In this document: in pieces, positions 1 to 11,601 of the stretch
How the letters are laid out: the number at the start of each line of letters is the position of its first letter
Numbering within the stretch: the first letter of the stretch is position 1
Assembly: GCA_025558095.1 (NCBI GenBank)
Contig: JAIVFI010000038.1
Span: forward strand, 248,001-312,000
Direction: 5' to 3'
From: Hyaloraphidium curvatum SAG 235-1
Taxonomy: Eukaryota > Fungi > Monoblepharomycota
Length of the DNA: 64,000 nt
Program-made: the position numbers and the translations under genes
The notes under the pieces: generated by a model
The model's database searches: none
Told to the model about the DNA's origin: nothing
Seen by the model: the letters and a program-made list of their open reading frames with translations, nothing else

Positions 1-1157
1 TCCGGGATCGATCGCCAGGTGGTCCTGCTGGAACCTGCTTTCGGGATCCACGGTCGTCTGCGTTTGCGTGGTCGAAGAGAGCCAGCTGTGCGGTCTCTCG
101 GCCTCGGGCGGCACGGAGCGCGACCTGTACCTCCCGACGGCGGGCTCGCGCGGGGTGGGCGGGCCGCCGCGGTCCGAAGACTGCTGGCGCTGTCGCGAAC
201 CCGGCATGGAAGGTGGCCTCGTCATGTCCGCTCCGTTGGCCGTATGGGATGTTCGGCGAGCGCATCCCGCAGGTTCATGTGCTTGCGGCGGGCGCCGGGG
301 AGCGGCGTGGCTGGTCGACGGTCTCTTCGGAGGCCGCGGACGTTTCCGTGCGGAAACGGACAGTCTGGCGAGCATGTCTCCGAGATACGTCTCCGCATAG
401 AGCGGTCGCTGGGGCAGATGGCGGAATCATGATCCTGCTCGAGTTTTCCGCGAGAAAGGTCAGAACCGACCGACCTTGCTGTTCGTGGGAAGCTTGCCGA
501 TCTTCCGAGATGCCCTTGCTCGTCTTTCTTGCTCCTCCGTTATCTGCCGCCGGAGTTTGGCACCGTCCCGCATGCCGGAGGGGCGTAGCCTCACCTCGCG
601 AACGAGCGCCGCGCTCTCCACCTCGGTCCGCTTCCGCGCCGCCTCATCCTTCCGATCCAGCGCCAGCTCCCGCTCGAGGTAGTCCCGCGAGCTCACGACG
701 TTGTCCGCCGAGTCGATCTGCCCGGAATTGCACTCAGAATTGCGAGACGCAACCGGGAAAGGCCCGACCCACGAAGCCCTGCCGCCTCAGGTGCCTCCTC
801 GTGACCGGCGAGCTGAAAAAGTCCTGCAAGATGATGATGCTTTACATCCACGCTCGTGGCCCTTCTCCTTGCGTGCAGCTACCGTGAGGCCAGCATCCGC
901 GAGCGCATCGTAGCTGTCGGCTGAGCGGCTGCGGGCCAGTCTCTTCAGGTTCCCGTCGTAGATGAGCTCCCTGCGGCGGATGTCCCGATCTCGGGCATCC
1001 ATGAGGCCGTTGCCGGGGTCTTCCAAGGCGGAGGCGTTTGGCTCGATGGACCTCAGTTTCACCGCCCGAGTTGGGCTGGCGGCGTCGGCCCACTCCCGAC
1101 CGCCACCCACCTCGTTCCCGTCCCCTGGCCAGGCTCTGCAGAGCCTTTCAAGGACAT
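1..1157 (-). CDS. Multi-exon hypothetical protein with an ERICH3/FSIP2-like N-terminal motif; runs off the window start
   Basis: Spliced reading gives YDALADAGL..DFFSSPVTRRHLRRQGF|IDSADNVVSSRDY followed by a coiled coil (ORF 460..696). One minus frame stays open to base 1. The ATG at 1157 is tentative. Confidence 0.4.
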
Positions 1158-1190
1158 TAGGACCTTCGCCGCCTGCTGCAGCTCGCCGCG

Positions 1191-2627
1191 ATGGCCAGCA
1201 CGCTCGTGGACTCGCTGCTGCACCCCGTCGAGCTCGTCTCGCTCGTGCGCTTCCTGCTCTCGCCCGACCCCGCGGCCGGGTACAGCAAGGAGCCCAAGGA
1301 CGAGGCCGACACCTACGCCTGGTGCTACTATTTCCTGAACATGACCTCGCGCTCGTTCGCGCGGGTGATCCAGACCCTGAACGAGGAGCTGCGGCACCCG
1401 GTCTGCATCTTCTACCTCGTCCTGCGCGGGCTCGACACCGTCGAGGACGACATGACGCTGGACCTGCCCCGGAAAGTGGAGATTCTGGGCTCCTTCCACA
1501 AGCTCATCTACCAGAAGGGATGGACGTTCGATGAGAACGGGCCGAACGAGAAGGACCGCATGCTCCTCGTCCGCTTCGACACCGTCATTACCGAGTTCCT
1601 GAAGCTCGATGCAAAGTGAGCTTCGGGCGCTGTAGCTGCGCCTGGCAGGAGCATCCGTGCTAACGCAACTGCTTCCAGATACCAGACCGTCATTGCCGAC
1701 ATCTGCCAGCGGATGGCCAAGGGGATGATCGACTTTGTCAGCGGCAAGACGGTCGAGACTCTGGACGACTACAACCTCTACACGCACTACGTAGCGGGGC
1801 TGGTCGGGCTCGGCCTGACGGACCTCTTTCTCGCCAGCAATCTGGAGCCGGACCTCGCGGCCCTCAGCGAGGTTGGTTCGCGCCTCTGGGCTGTCAGAAG
1901 TGCTCGCTAACTTGCTCTGAAGGAACATCGGTACCGGCTGGCAAACTCGATGGGCCTGTTCCTGCAAAAGGTCAACATCACGCGCGACTTCACGGAGGAC
2001 CTCCTGGACGGGCGGAAGTTCTGGCCGAGGGACATCTATTCGAACTATGCCTCCTCGCTCGAAGAGCTCCCGACCAAGCCCGAAATGGCGCGCGCATGCC
2101 TGAACAACATGTGCGCCGACGCCATGACGTTGATACCCGACTGCCTGGAGTACCTCAGCCTTCTCCGCGAGCCCTCTGTGTTTGCCTTCTGCGCCATCCC
2201 CCAGGTATGTGAATTGAAGCGCTTTTCCAGCGCGAGACTGACGATCTCATTCCCCCAGGTCATGGCAATTGCCACGTTCGACCTCGTGTTCGACAACCCC
2301 GCCCTCTTCCACATGCCCCTCCTCAAGATCCGGAAAGGGACCGCAGCGCAGATGATGCTCGAGTCGGGGGACATGGGCAACGTCGTGCGGACTTTTTCGT
2401 ACTACGTGTCGAGCATCAGGGCAAAGAACTTGGTCGTGCGGCGCCGTGCCGGGCCTGAGGTGAAGGCGGGCGTGTGCGACCGGATCGATCGCAGCTGCGA
2501 CGATGCGGATCGCTGCTCGAAGGCGCTTCAGGAGAAACTGGGCGAGAGCTGGAGCTGGCTCCAGCCTCTGCGGCCCGTCGTAGTCTTGGCCGTCGGTGTT
2601 GCTCTCTTCACCATGTCGAGCGGTTGA
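1191..2627 (+). CDS. ERG9: Squalene synthase (farnesyl-diphosphate farnesyltransferase), 4 exons
   Basis: [66 protein letters not shown] and a C-terminal TM anchor; GT-AG introns near 1616, 1872 and 2205. Confidence 0.97.
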
Positions 2628-3602
2628 TCATGTGTTTGAGCTTGGAGATATGCGCCATTGATTATAGAATTGGACGATTTCGGACTCGCTCCAGCCCGAT
2701 CCGGTGAAGCCCCCGTCCTCCAAAGCCTTCATCAGAGCCCCAAGTTGCTTCCCGGGCGGCAGCCCAGTGATGCGCATGATCGTGGCTCCATCGAGACGGC
2801 TCTGGCGCTCCAAACGTTGCCGTCTGTCCTCGGCAATAAGCCTTTCTCTTTCAGCAACTTTGGAAAAGTGTTCGACAGGATCCGGAGGGTGGATCGGGTT
2901 GGGCTTCGTGGGGCCGAGCTCCTCAAGGTACCCAAGCCATCGCTGGAAACCTCCACGTTTTGCTCGCCGCCGTCGGTTGTGTCTGTCCATATCGTCAACG
3001 TGCCAGATTTCCGAGCGAAAGTACAGGCTGCTCGAAAGCCAACGAAAGAGGTCGGACTCGTCCGCGAACCCTTCAAAGAAACGAGCGTGGTCGTAGCCGA
3101 GATAGGCAAGAATCAGGGCGAAATCTTTCGACAGATGTACCCTGCCAAGCGTCCGCAAGGGCTCGTCCGTGTCGAAGACAGGGCACGAGAGTCCGTCCAT
3201 CCCAAAGCTGAGGCCGAACTGCTTCGCTATTGCTCCCATGATGGCTCCCGCATCGCCATAGCTGAGGTAGTTGAGCATGCAATCGTACCCATCTTCTTCC
3301 TCGACGACGATGAGGTCGATCTGGAAGGAATCACGCTCGAGCGACACGGTCGTCTTGCTCGTCCAGACGACCTCGCGCGACGAGAATGCTTCGGCAATCT
3401 CGGGTACGGCGGCTTCCCATCCCGTTCGCGCCAAGCACACGCAGTCCACGTCTCCGAAATCGGGCTTTGAGTCCAGGTACCGGGGCACGTCGACCTTCGC
3501 GAAGAACTGGCGAACGAGCGCCAACACTCGTCCCTCCACGACGAGGTACTCGGGCCGTGGCACGCGCCGGAGAACGCAATTCTTCAGCGCCGAGCCTCCC
3601 AT
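2628..3602 (-). CDS. Intronless Pol-beta-superfamily nucleotidyltransferase-like protein
   Basis: Starts MGGSALK; hG-DxD-type motif KPDFGDVDCVC; third Asp in FQIDLI; YLSYGDAGAIMGAIAKQFGLSFGMDGL; C-terminal LDGATIMRITGLPPGKQLG resembles CCA-enzyme tails. Confidence 0.7.
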   Translation of the reverse strand: MGGSALKNCVLRRVPRPEYLVVEGRVLALVRQFFAKVDVPRYLDSKPDFGDVDCVCLARTGWEAAVPEIAEAFSSREVVWTSKTTVSLERDSFQIDLIVVEEEDGYDCMLNYLSYGDAGAIMGAIAKQFGLSFGMDGLSCPVFDTDEPLRTLGRVHLSKDFALILAYLGYDHARFFEGFADESDLFRWLSSSLYFRSEIWHVDDMDRHNRRRRAKRGGFQRWLGYLEELGPTKPNPIHPPDPVEHFSKVAERERLIAEDRRQRLERQSRLDGATIMRITGLPPGKQLGALMKALEDGGFTGSGWSESEIVQFYNQWRISPSSNT

Positions 3603-3688
3603 GCTGTCATCAGGACTCGCGAGGACGGTGCAGGTGATTGATTCGAAGGCCCGTGCCACTACTACTACTGCCGCCCGACAGCTGACTG

Positions 3689-4589
3689 CTACATCTTTCC
3701 GCCATCGACCTTGGCCAACAAGTCCAGAGCCAAAAAGAAGTGTGCCAGCCGCGCGTCAGGGAGATAGCCAAAGCCCTCCTGCAGCTCGTTGATGAAGTCC
3801 AGAGCCTCGTCAATGGGCACGATCCACCGTTGGATGTACTCGCCGTCCTCCAGTCTTTGCTGCAGCTGGCTGTCGTGGTTCTCGGGCGCGGAGAGGTCCA
3901 CTTTGCATACGACGAGGCGCATGTTTGCCGAGATCATACCTGGCGGATCGGGTCAGTAGCAGCTGCGAGCACACTTGGCAGGCCCTACCCGGGTCGTTGA
4001 CCATCAAGCTCGAGACCTTCACGACGGTGCCCGTGTAGCCGGTCTCCTCCTTCAGTTCCCTCACGGCAGTTTGCTCCGGAGTTTCGCCCTCGTCGATCAG
4101 TCCCGCTGGCAGCTCGACGGTGTAGGAGTCCACCGGGGGTCGATACTGCGTTACAAGGATCGTTTTCGCTTCTGGGCGAGCGAAGAGTCGGTCAAGCTGT
4201 CTTCAACGGCTTACTGTCTCGATGCATACTCTCGCCACCGCCGACAAGCAAGGGGAGGATGGCCACGGCATCGCAATCGCCAGCCTTGGGTCGCGTTCGC
4301 CGATCCGCGACCTCCCTGACATCAGACGCGTCAAGCGCAACTCGTGCAGCAACCCGTCTTCCGCTGACCAGAAGCGCGTCTTGCCCTTCACGTCCTGGTA
4401 CGTGATTTTCGACAAGGACACCCATTTCGTTTCCGAGTTGCTCGCGAGACTCTTCTCCACGACGCGAGGCAGTCCATCGGGACTCCGCGCACCGGCAAGA
4501 CGGGGTTTGTGGGCCATCGTGTCGAGGAGGGGCATCGCGTTTCTGGAAATCCTTCGCAGCTGGCCGTGGAGGGCGAGGCGGAGTTTCAT
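3689..4589 (-). CDS. ADP-ribose pyrophosphatase (Nudix, NUDT5/YSA1-like), multi-exon
   Basis: Nudix box GLIDEGETPEQTAVRELKEETGY; KWVSLSKITYQD..GKTRFW; QRLEDGEYI; DARL. Start uncertain. Confidence 0.85.
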
Positions 4590-4956
4590 GGAGCGGACGA
4601 GCAACGCGACGGTCATCACGAAAGCTCGATTGAAGATGAACAAATGCACCACGTTTTGGAGAGACTAAAACAGCATCAAGATGCCTGGATCCGGCGCAGC
4701 TACTTGTCGTAGACCACTTCACCCTGCTGGTTTATCTCGAGCGGCGATCCAGTGGCCTGATGATGGCAAATCAGGTACGCACGTCATCGCACTTCTGCGG
4801 AAGTTACCTCTTCCTCGAGCTTCGAAGCCTTTTCGGCGCTGGCGCGCTTCTCCTCGGCCGAACGACCCTCGCGGTGCGAAGCGGCCACAAAGGCAGAAAT
4901 CCTGCGCGACAACCAGATCAAGATCGGAACCATCGATCGCCGGCCAGCAGCTGGAC

Positions 4957-5384
4957 TCACTGCCTCTGCGTGTCCTTTTCCTTCTCGGGTCCGAGCACAC
5001 TCTTGGCTCCTTGGCCCATCGTGGACTCGTCCTCAGCGTAGGCCCCTTCGGGCACCTGCTTCGTCGAGTCGCGCAGATCGGGCATGTCGCCGCGCGTGGG
5101 CTGGGCCGCCTGGGCATCCTCGGGCTTGAACTGGATTGCCGAAGGAGGGATGTCGTTGAAGACGAGGGCGGAGGAAGCAGGGATGAGATTGACGGCGACG
5201 GCGGAGGGTTCGTCAGCAGACTTCCATCGGCTAGATCACGCATCGAGCTTACTTCTTCCATGCCGCGCTTCTCGAGGCGCTCGAACTGCTCGTCCTGGAC
5301 GACTCCGGGCTCCTTGACGTCTGGTGTTCCCGCCTTTAGGCTTCCTCGAGCGGCGCGCACGGAGAGACGAACATTCGTCGGCAT
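4957..5384 (-). CDS. Small hypothetical protein (probably 2 exons)
   Basis: MPTNVRL...GMEE followed by a gtaag donor; second exon ...FNDIPPSAIQFKPEDAQ...KDTQRQ*. Confidence 0.3.
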
Positions 5385-5595
5385 TGCCCTTGGGTCCCGA
5401 CTGGTTTCCACGGCCGCTCATTGTCTATTACTTGGTTTGATGGGTCCGGCGCGCCGCCAGACACGTGCTGGAGGTCGTGCGCGAGAGGTGATCTGGCGGT
5501 CGTACTGTGGGTGGTGATTGTGCGACGCGACGCGCCTGTCAACTCTGCCCCCGCCGGCGTACTGAATGCCGGCCGGCGAAGCTCCACCGGAAAGA

Positions 5596-6034
5596 ATGGA
5601 TCTCGTCAAGGCAGCTGCCCTGCTCGGAAGCTCGGCCGTGATTCTGGGCGCGTTTGGAGCACACGGTCTCCGGACGCGATTCGCGTCGCTCCCGGACGGC
5701 GGCCTGGCCAAATTGAAGAGCTGGGAGACAGCGGGTTTGTTCCCATGTCGGTCAATACGTGCCGTATCGCCTGATGGCATCGACAGCACACTACCAGCTC
5801 ATGCATTCGGTCGCCGTTCTCGCGCTGGGGCTGAGGCAGCGGGATCGTTCAAAGACCTTTCCCTCGAACATGGCGACTGCAGGCAATCTCTGGCTGGTTG
5901 GAGCGGCCATGTTTTCCGGATCGATCTATGCCCTGGTCCTGAACCCTCACTGGCGTATCCTCGGACCCGTGACCCCGCTCGGAGGAATGGCGATGATTGC
6001 CGGATGGGCGGTTCTCGCATTTGGATCAGAATGA
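5596..6034 (+). CDS. DUF423/TMEM256 (YgdD-like) membrane protein, 2 exons
   Basis: GAFGAHGL, WETA|AHYQLMH, FSGSIY and LGPVTPLGG motifs. Confidence 0.93.
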
Positions 6035-6037
6035 AGG

Positions 6038-7167
6038 CTACATGTTTCCCTTTTCACGGACGTTGGAAAGTCCGGCATTCTGCGCAAAGCCGGGGTCCAT
6101 CAAGCTGCCGAACCGGATCATGTTGTGGCTGCAGACATGGCACCAGTCAGAGCTGTCCAAGATTGCGGAAGTGCAGCAGCCAACCTGTGACCAATGTGGT
6201 GCATAGAGAATGCCGCGTTGATCGCATTCTGCTGACCCGCCATGTCCGACGCCTGGTTGACGGACTCTTTCGCCAGCTTAAGCCCAAAGAGGGGCTTCAT
6301 CGCGATGCGTCGAGCCATCTGCTGCACGAAGCCGTGGAGCTGCTCGCGGGGCACCACGTGGTTGACCATGCCGAGGCGATGCGCCTCCTGCGCCGTCCAG
6401 GTGTCGGCGGTGAAGAGAAACTCCTTGGCCTTGCGAGGGCCGAGCTCGTACGAGTGCGCGAACCACTCGACGCCGTTGACGCCCGCCCCGACGACCGGGT
6501 CCTGGAAGGTCGCATCCTCGCTCGCGACGACGATATCCATGGGCCAGATCAACATGAGCCCGCCGGCGATGACGCGGCCATGGACCTGCGCCAATGTGAG
6601 ACTCTTTCCTCACGAGACGGGGCGGAAGTTCCCAACCTGCGCGATCGTCGGCTTCGGAATGTTCCTCCAGCGGCGACAGAAGCCCAGGTAGATTTCCTCT
6701 TCCCTGTTCATGTGCCCCTCCGCACCCGGCGCACCGAAGCAGCAGCTGGTTCCGACCTGCCCAAAGTCTTCCAGGCGTCCCCCGTCGCGAAGATCGTGGC
6801 CTGAGGAAAAAAGCGGGCCCTCTCCGGCGAGGATGATGACCTTGACGTTGGGGTCGGCCGCTGCCATGTTGAACGCGTCATTGCTGGAGACGCATTGTAA
6901 GCAAGCACCCGTGGGAGACGCTCCACAGTGTACTTGCAGTTCGTAAAGCAGAGCCCCGCTCTGCGCATTGCGGGCCTTCGCGCGGTCCAAGTAGATGCGA
7001 GCAATGCCCGCGTCAGGGTGCCTCTGGCCCGCCTGGACTGCAGGAACTTCGTAGCGAATGTTCGGGAACTGGGTGACCTCGAAGGGGTTCCCGTCGATGA
7101 CTTTCGTCGACTTGGATGGCGGAACAGGACTTGAAAGAGGGTGCGATGCCACGCTGACTTGCGACAT
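6038..7167 (-). CDS. Enoyl-CoA hydratase/isomerase (crotonase), bacterial-like subfamily, multi-exon
   Basis: ARNAQ, FSSGHDL, RWRNIPKPTIAQ|VHGRVIAGGLML, ELGPRKAKEFLFTAD, GMVNHVVP. Confidence 0.92.
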
Positions 7168-7254
7168 TTTGGATTTTTCGACTTCGGGAGACGACAGTGG
7201 GATGTGATCAGAGGATGAGCGGGCAGAGCGACGCCGCGCGTAAACACAACGAAC

Positions 7255-9578
7255 ATGGACGCTCCTCGGAAGCGAAAGCGCCCATCCGGGGACGCTGGAG
7301 CGGGTGCTGAGGCCGAGACAGCCCCGAGAAAGGCGGCAAAGGGGTCTGGATCGGCTCGCCATGGCCTGGACGGCGGCAAGACGGCTGAAAAGGAGAAGAA
7401 GAAATCCAAAGCGAAGGAGCCGAGGCCAGCTGCCCAGGGCGACACCAAACCGCCTGCTGCTGCGGTACCAGTTGCTGCAGAGTCAGAGGACAGCGGAAAA
7501 ACGGCTGAAGCAGTAGAACTCCTGCCGGCCGCGAAGAGCAGAGGTGCTTCCTTCGCGGACCTCGGACCTGAGCTCGATGCCCGTCTGCTGCGGGCACTGC
7601 ACAAGCTTCGAATGGACACGCCGACTCCGGTACAGCGCATGTGTGTCCCTCAGACCTTCGAAGGCGGCCACCTCGTCGTTCGGGCACCCACTGGCACCGG
7701 AAAGACCGCTGCCTACCTCATCCCCATTCTGGAGCGCGCCCTCCGCGACTCGGAGAAAGTGAGTACCACTGACGGCATTGTGGCCGTTACGAGGCAGTGC
7801 TTCGGTGCACAAAGGATGATACCATTAGATGTGTGAATGGTCGGAACGGGTAGTTACGGGCCGGCCATGAACGCAACCCTGTGAGGCAAAAAACAGATAT
7901 CTGATGGCTCAGGAGCGCTGATGGAGCTGGCGTTGATGCTCGGAGAGGGAAGAACGGCTGGCTGATTTCCATTTCCTTCCCCCTTGATCGCAGGGCTCGG
8001 CCATCGAGGGTGCAGCCGCACTGATCCTGCTTCCCACTCGGGAACTTGCCGCACAGGTTCGCCGGGTTGTCAAGTCCATGACAAAATACCTCGAAGGCAT
8101 CACCTGCTGCGATCTCACTTCCCCGGACTTTACCTCTCTCCCCAACCCTTCCCCGTCGGTGCTCATTTCGACCCCATCTCGCCTGAACTCGCTCGCCAAG
8201 GCCGGGACCATCACGCGCGCGCAACTCTCGCGCGTGCGCACCTTGGTCGTCGACGAAGCGGATCTTGTGCTCCGTTTCGGGCATGCCGAGGATCTGGGGG
8301 ATCTGGTCGCGCTGTTGCCTCCGCCTGGCCAGGGCCGCGTGCAGAGGCTTCTCTTTTCAGCGACGATGGAGGACACTCCGGCGCTTCTGGCCAAGATCGG
8401 CCTCGCTGAAGGCACGTACGCTGTGGTTGACGTGCCGGAGGTTGTGCCCGAGGAGGAGAACAAGGCCGAGCGGGTGAAGCACCACGTCGTCCATCTCCCT
8501 GTGCCGACGGGGAAAATGAAGACGACGCCGCTGAATCGGCCGACGGACTCTTCCTCTTTCTTGCTTCTTTTGCTGGTGCTGAAGCTCGGCCTGTCACCGT
8601 TTGCCGGTCGAACGGTCGTGTACGTTGCCTCGCCGATGCGGGCGTTTAAGCTCCGCCTGTTCCTGGAGCAGTTTGGCATCCGTGGCGTGGTGCTGGATGC
8701 CGCGATGCCGGCGCGGACGCGCGTGCACAAGCTGGAAGAATTCAACCGCGGCGTGTACGATCTGTGCTTTGCTACGGACGGCGGGGACGATGGTTTGGAC
8801 GTGGACTCCAAGGACAGGCTGGAGCTCGAGGAGGAGGAGCCGAAGGGGGCCGAAGACGGCGAGTCGGATCCCGGCGAGGAGGCTCCGAAAAAGCCCGGCG
8901 TCAAGGGCAAGGACGGCCCGGCGACGCACTACTCCCGCGGACTCGATTTCCTCCGGGTGCGCACGGTCGTCAACCTGGACCTTCCTCCGACGCTCGCGTC
9001 GTACGTGCACCGCGCGGGACGGACAGGACGGGGCCCGGTGACCAACGGCGAAGGTCATGTTTTGTCCTTTGTTCCGCCGGGTAAGGAGGGCGCCGACTTC
9101 ACCAAGCAGCTGGAAGGAAAGTACGCGCTGCGGGAGTTTGCGATCGAGAAGGGCAGCGCCGATGCCTGGAAGTACCGGGTGGAGGACGCGCTGAGGAGCG
9201 TGACGGGCGAGAGGGTCAAGGAGGCGAGGCGGGCCGAGGTGCGAAGGGAGACGGTGGCGAGCGATAAGCTGAAGGTGAGGCTTGTCCTGCTCGGAGCCTG
9301 TTTGTGGCTGACGCACGGCCGTCGCTTTGCAGACGCACTTCGAAGCGAAGCCGCAGGATCTGCATCTGCTCCGGCACGACAAGCCGCTCCACGGCGGCCG
9401 CGCTTTGCCGCACCTCAAGCACGTCCCGGACTACCTGCTGCCGGCCGGTGCCCGCCCGGTGCAGAACCGGAAGGGCAGGATATGGGCACCTTTCCACAAG
9501 GAGAAGAAGAAGGAAGGCGGGCGGGTTGGCAAGAAGAAGGAGAAGGACCCGCTCAAGACGTTCAAGGCGAAGGCTTGA
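7255..9578 (+). CDS. DBP9: DEAD-box RNA helicase DBP9/DDX56-like, multi-exon
   Basis: PTPVQ, APTGTGKT, PTREL, DEAD, SAT, SRGLDF and YVHRAGRTGR; DBP9-like tail HFEAKPQDL..LRHD..HLKHVPDYL..KKDPLKTF. Confidence 0.9.
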
Positions 9579-9640
9579 TTGGCACTGGCTAGTCTCCCTT
9601 TGGTCTAGACTCAGCCAATAACGACTACACCACCTTTGTC

Positions 9641-11117
9641 TCAAGATCGGCGCTCCGCATCCTGGGCCTGCGCGTCAAGCAACCGCAGCTCGTCCTCGGT
9701 CAACCTCGAAAAATCAATGTCCATCTCGTAATCGTCCGACACGGGCTCAGGCGCATCGACGAAAGCCTCAGCGGTCTCCTCCACCGGGTCGCCGTCGAGC
9801 TCCTCCTGGGTGTCCTCGTCCTCGCTCGGAGCCGCGAACGCCGAATCGTCCGCCTCCTGCGCGGCCGTCGCCCTGACGAACTTCTTGGGATCGCGGGCCT
9901 CCTTGGCCTCCCGGGCCCGCGCATCCGCCTCGCGGGCTTCCGCCTCCAGCACCTCGGCAAAGTGCACCGGCTCGCAGCGCACGGGGTCCGGGTGGAAGGC
10001 CGGCTTTGGTGGGGAAGCGGGGCGCCCGGGAGACAGCTCAGTCACGACGTAGCGCACCGTCGTGGAGTACTGCAGCGACGGTGCGGGAGGCAGCAACGCG
10101 TCCCACGGTCCCGGCACGTGCGGCACCGGCGCCGGCGACGAGCCCGACGGTGGTGGTGGTTGCTGGATCGGGGCGGCCACGGGCCGCCGGAAACGGCAGA
10201 GGGCGTCGAACACGGCCAGGGCGGCAAACGCATCGACTGCTGCGTAAAGGTACTGCGCCCGGGAAAGGGGGCGCGCTTCCCAGTTGGAGCGACGGATTTG
10301 CGGTCCTTTGAGCAGCGTGTGGCGGCACTTGATGATGATCATCAGCAGGGCCCACTGCGCTTCACAGTCGTACCCACGAAACCTTCCGTCAGGGACTGCA
10401 GAGAGGCCCGGCCTTTGCCCGCTTCCTTCAAACCCTCGCGGGCCTGCACCTGGGTCAGCTCGAATGGCAAGAGTCCATTCGAGTCGTCCGGCAGGTCGAA
10501 ACCCTCATCCGCGAGGCGCTTCGCAAGCGGTGCGAGGTCCACCATGCCATTCAGCTTCACACCATAGTCCTGTGCAGGACAAGGAGAAGAGCAAGCCGGA
10601 ATCAGACAGGGCGAGAAAGCTCCCCGGGCACGCCACATGCCTTGTAGAGCTTCCTCGCGTCGCCTTTTATGTTGACGCCGAGTTTGATCGTGGAGCGCGA
10701 CTCGAGGAGCGCGACGAGTTCGGAAGGCAGGGTCGGCATGTGGCACAGGTGGAGGAGGGCGATGGTTGTCGGAGCCGAGAGCTGGAGCAGCGCCACGGGC
10801 CCCGGCTTCTGGTTGCGGCCCAGCGGCGCCCTCCATTCGATGTCAAAGCCAAGGTGCGGCGCGCGGAACGCGGGCAGGCGGAGCAGCGCGGCCGCCTCGG
10901 CCGGCGAGTCCGCGTAGCGAATGCGCACGTTCTCGGGCAGCCTGAGCGGGGAAAGCGGCGACTGCGGCGTGGGCAGCGCGGGCGGCGGCGCCTTGTCGCC
11001 GGGCGGCGGGGCCGTCAGCGTCGGCGGAAGCTTCCGCGCGCGTGCCGGGCGGGTGGGCGGCGCCGACGTGGCCATTGCTCGCAACGCAACTCCTGCGGCG
11101 GGGGGACGCCTCTGCAT
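9641..11117 (-). CDS. WRN/EXD2-type DEDDy 3'-5' exonuclease, multi-exon
   Basis: GFDIEW, VALLQL, KLGVNIKGDARKL, SLQSL, SNWE.RPLS.AQ..YAAVDA. Start uncertain. Confidence 0.88.
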
Positions 11118-11601
11118 GGGCGCGTCGACGCGTCCAACCGTTCTCCAAGAACAGGAACAGGCGTGATGGGACCTGGGTACCGCGACAAGTCCGGCGGATG
11201 CCGCCATCATGGAGCCGAACGCCAGCGGAAACGCGAATGCAGAAGGAGAACGAAGTTCCGTTTAGTCCCGTTCCGCTGGCACGTCTTTGTCCGTCCACCG
11301 ATGGCGATCGGTCCACGTCAGCACGCACCACTCACCGGCGGCTCGAACGAAACCGCCTGCAGCCAGACACGGAGCAAATCCGTTCTGGTCCGATCCCTTA
11401 TTGCAGAGCTTTCTTATTTACCGGTCGATGTAACAGACGCAGGGGAGCTGGCCCGGGATCGTCGCTCACGCGGATGATCGTCGCGCCGCCGCGCCGCCCT
11501 GGTGACGTCGCTTGGGGCCGACAATCGGAACCTTTCACACACCCAAAGCCCGCACGCGCTCTCCTTAGCAGACCCCTTCCCCCGTTTCCATTGTGCCAAC
11601 G

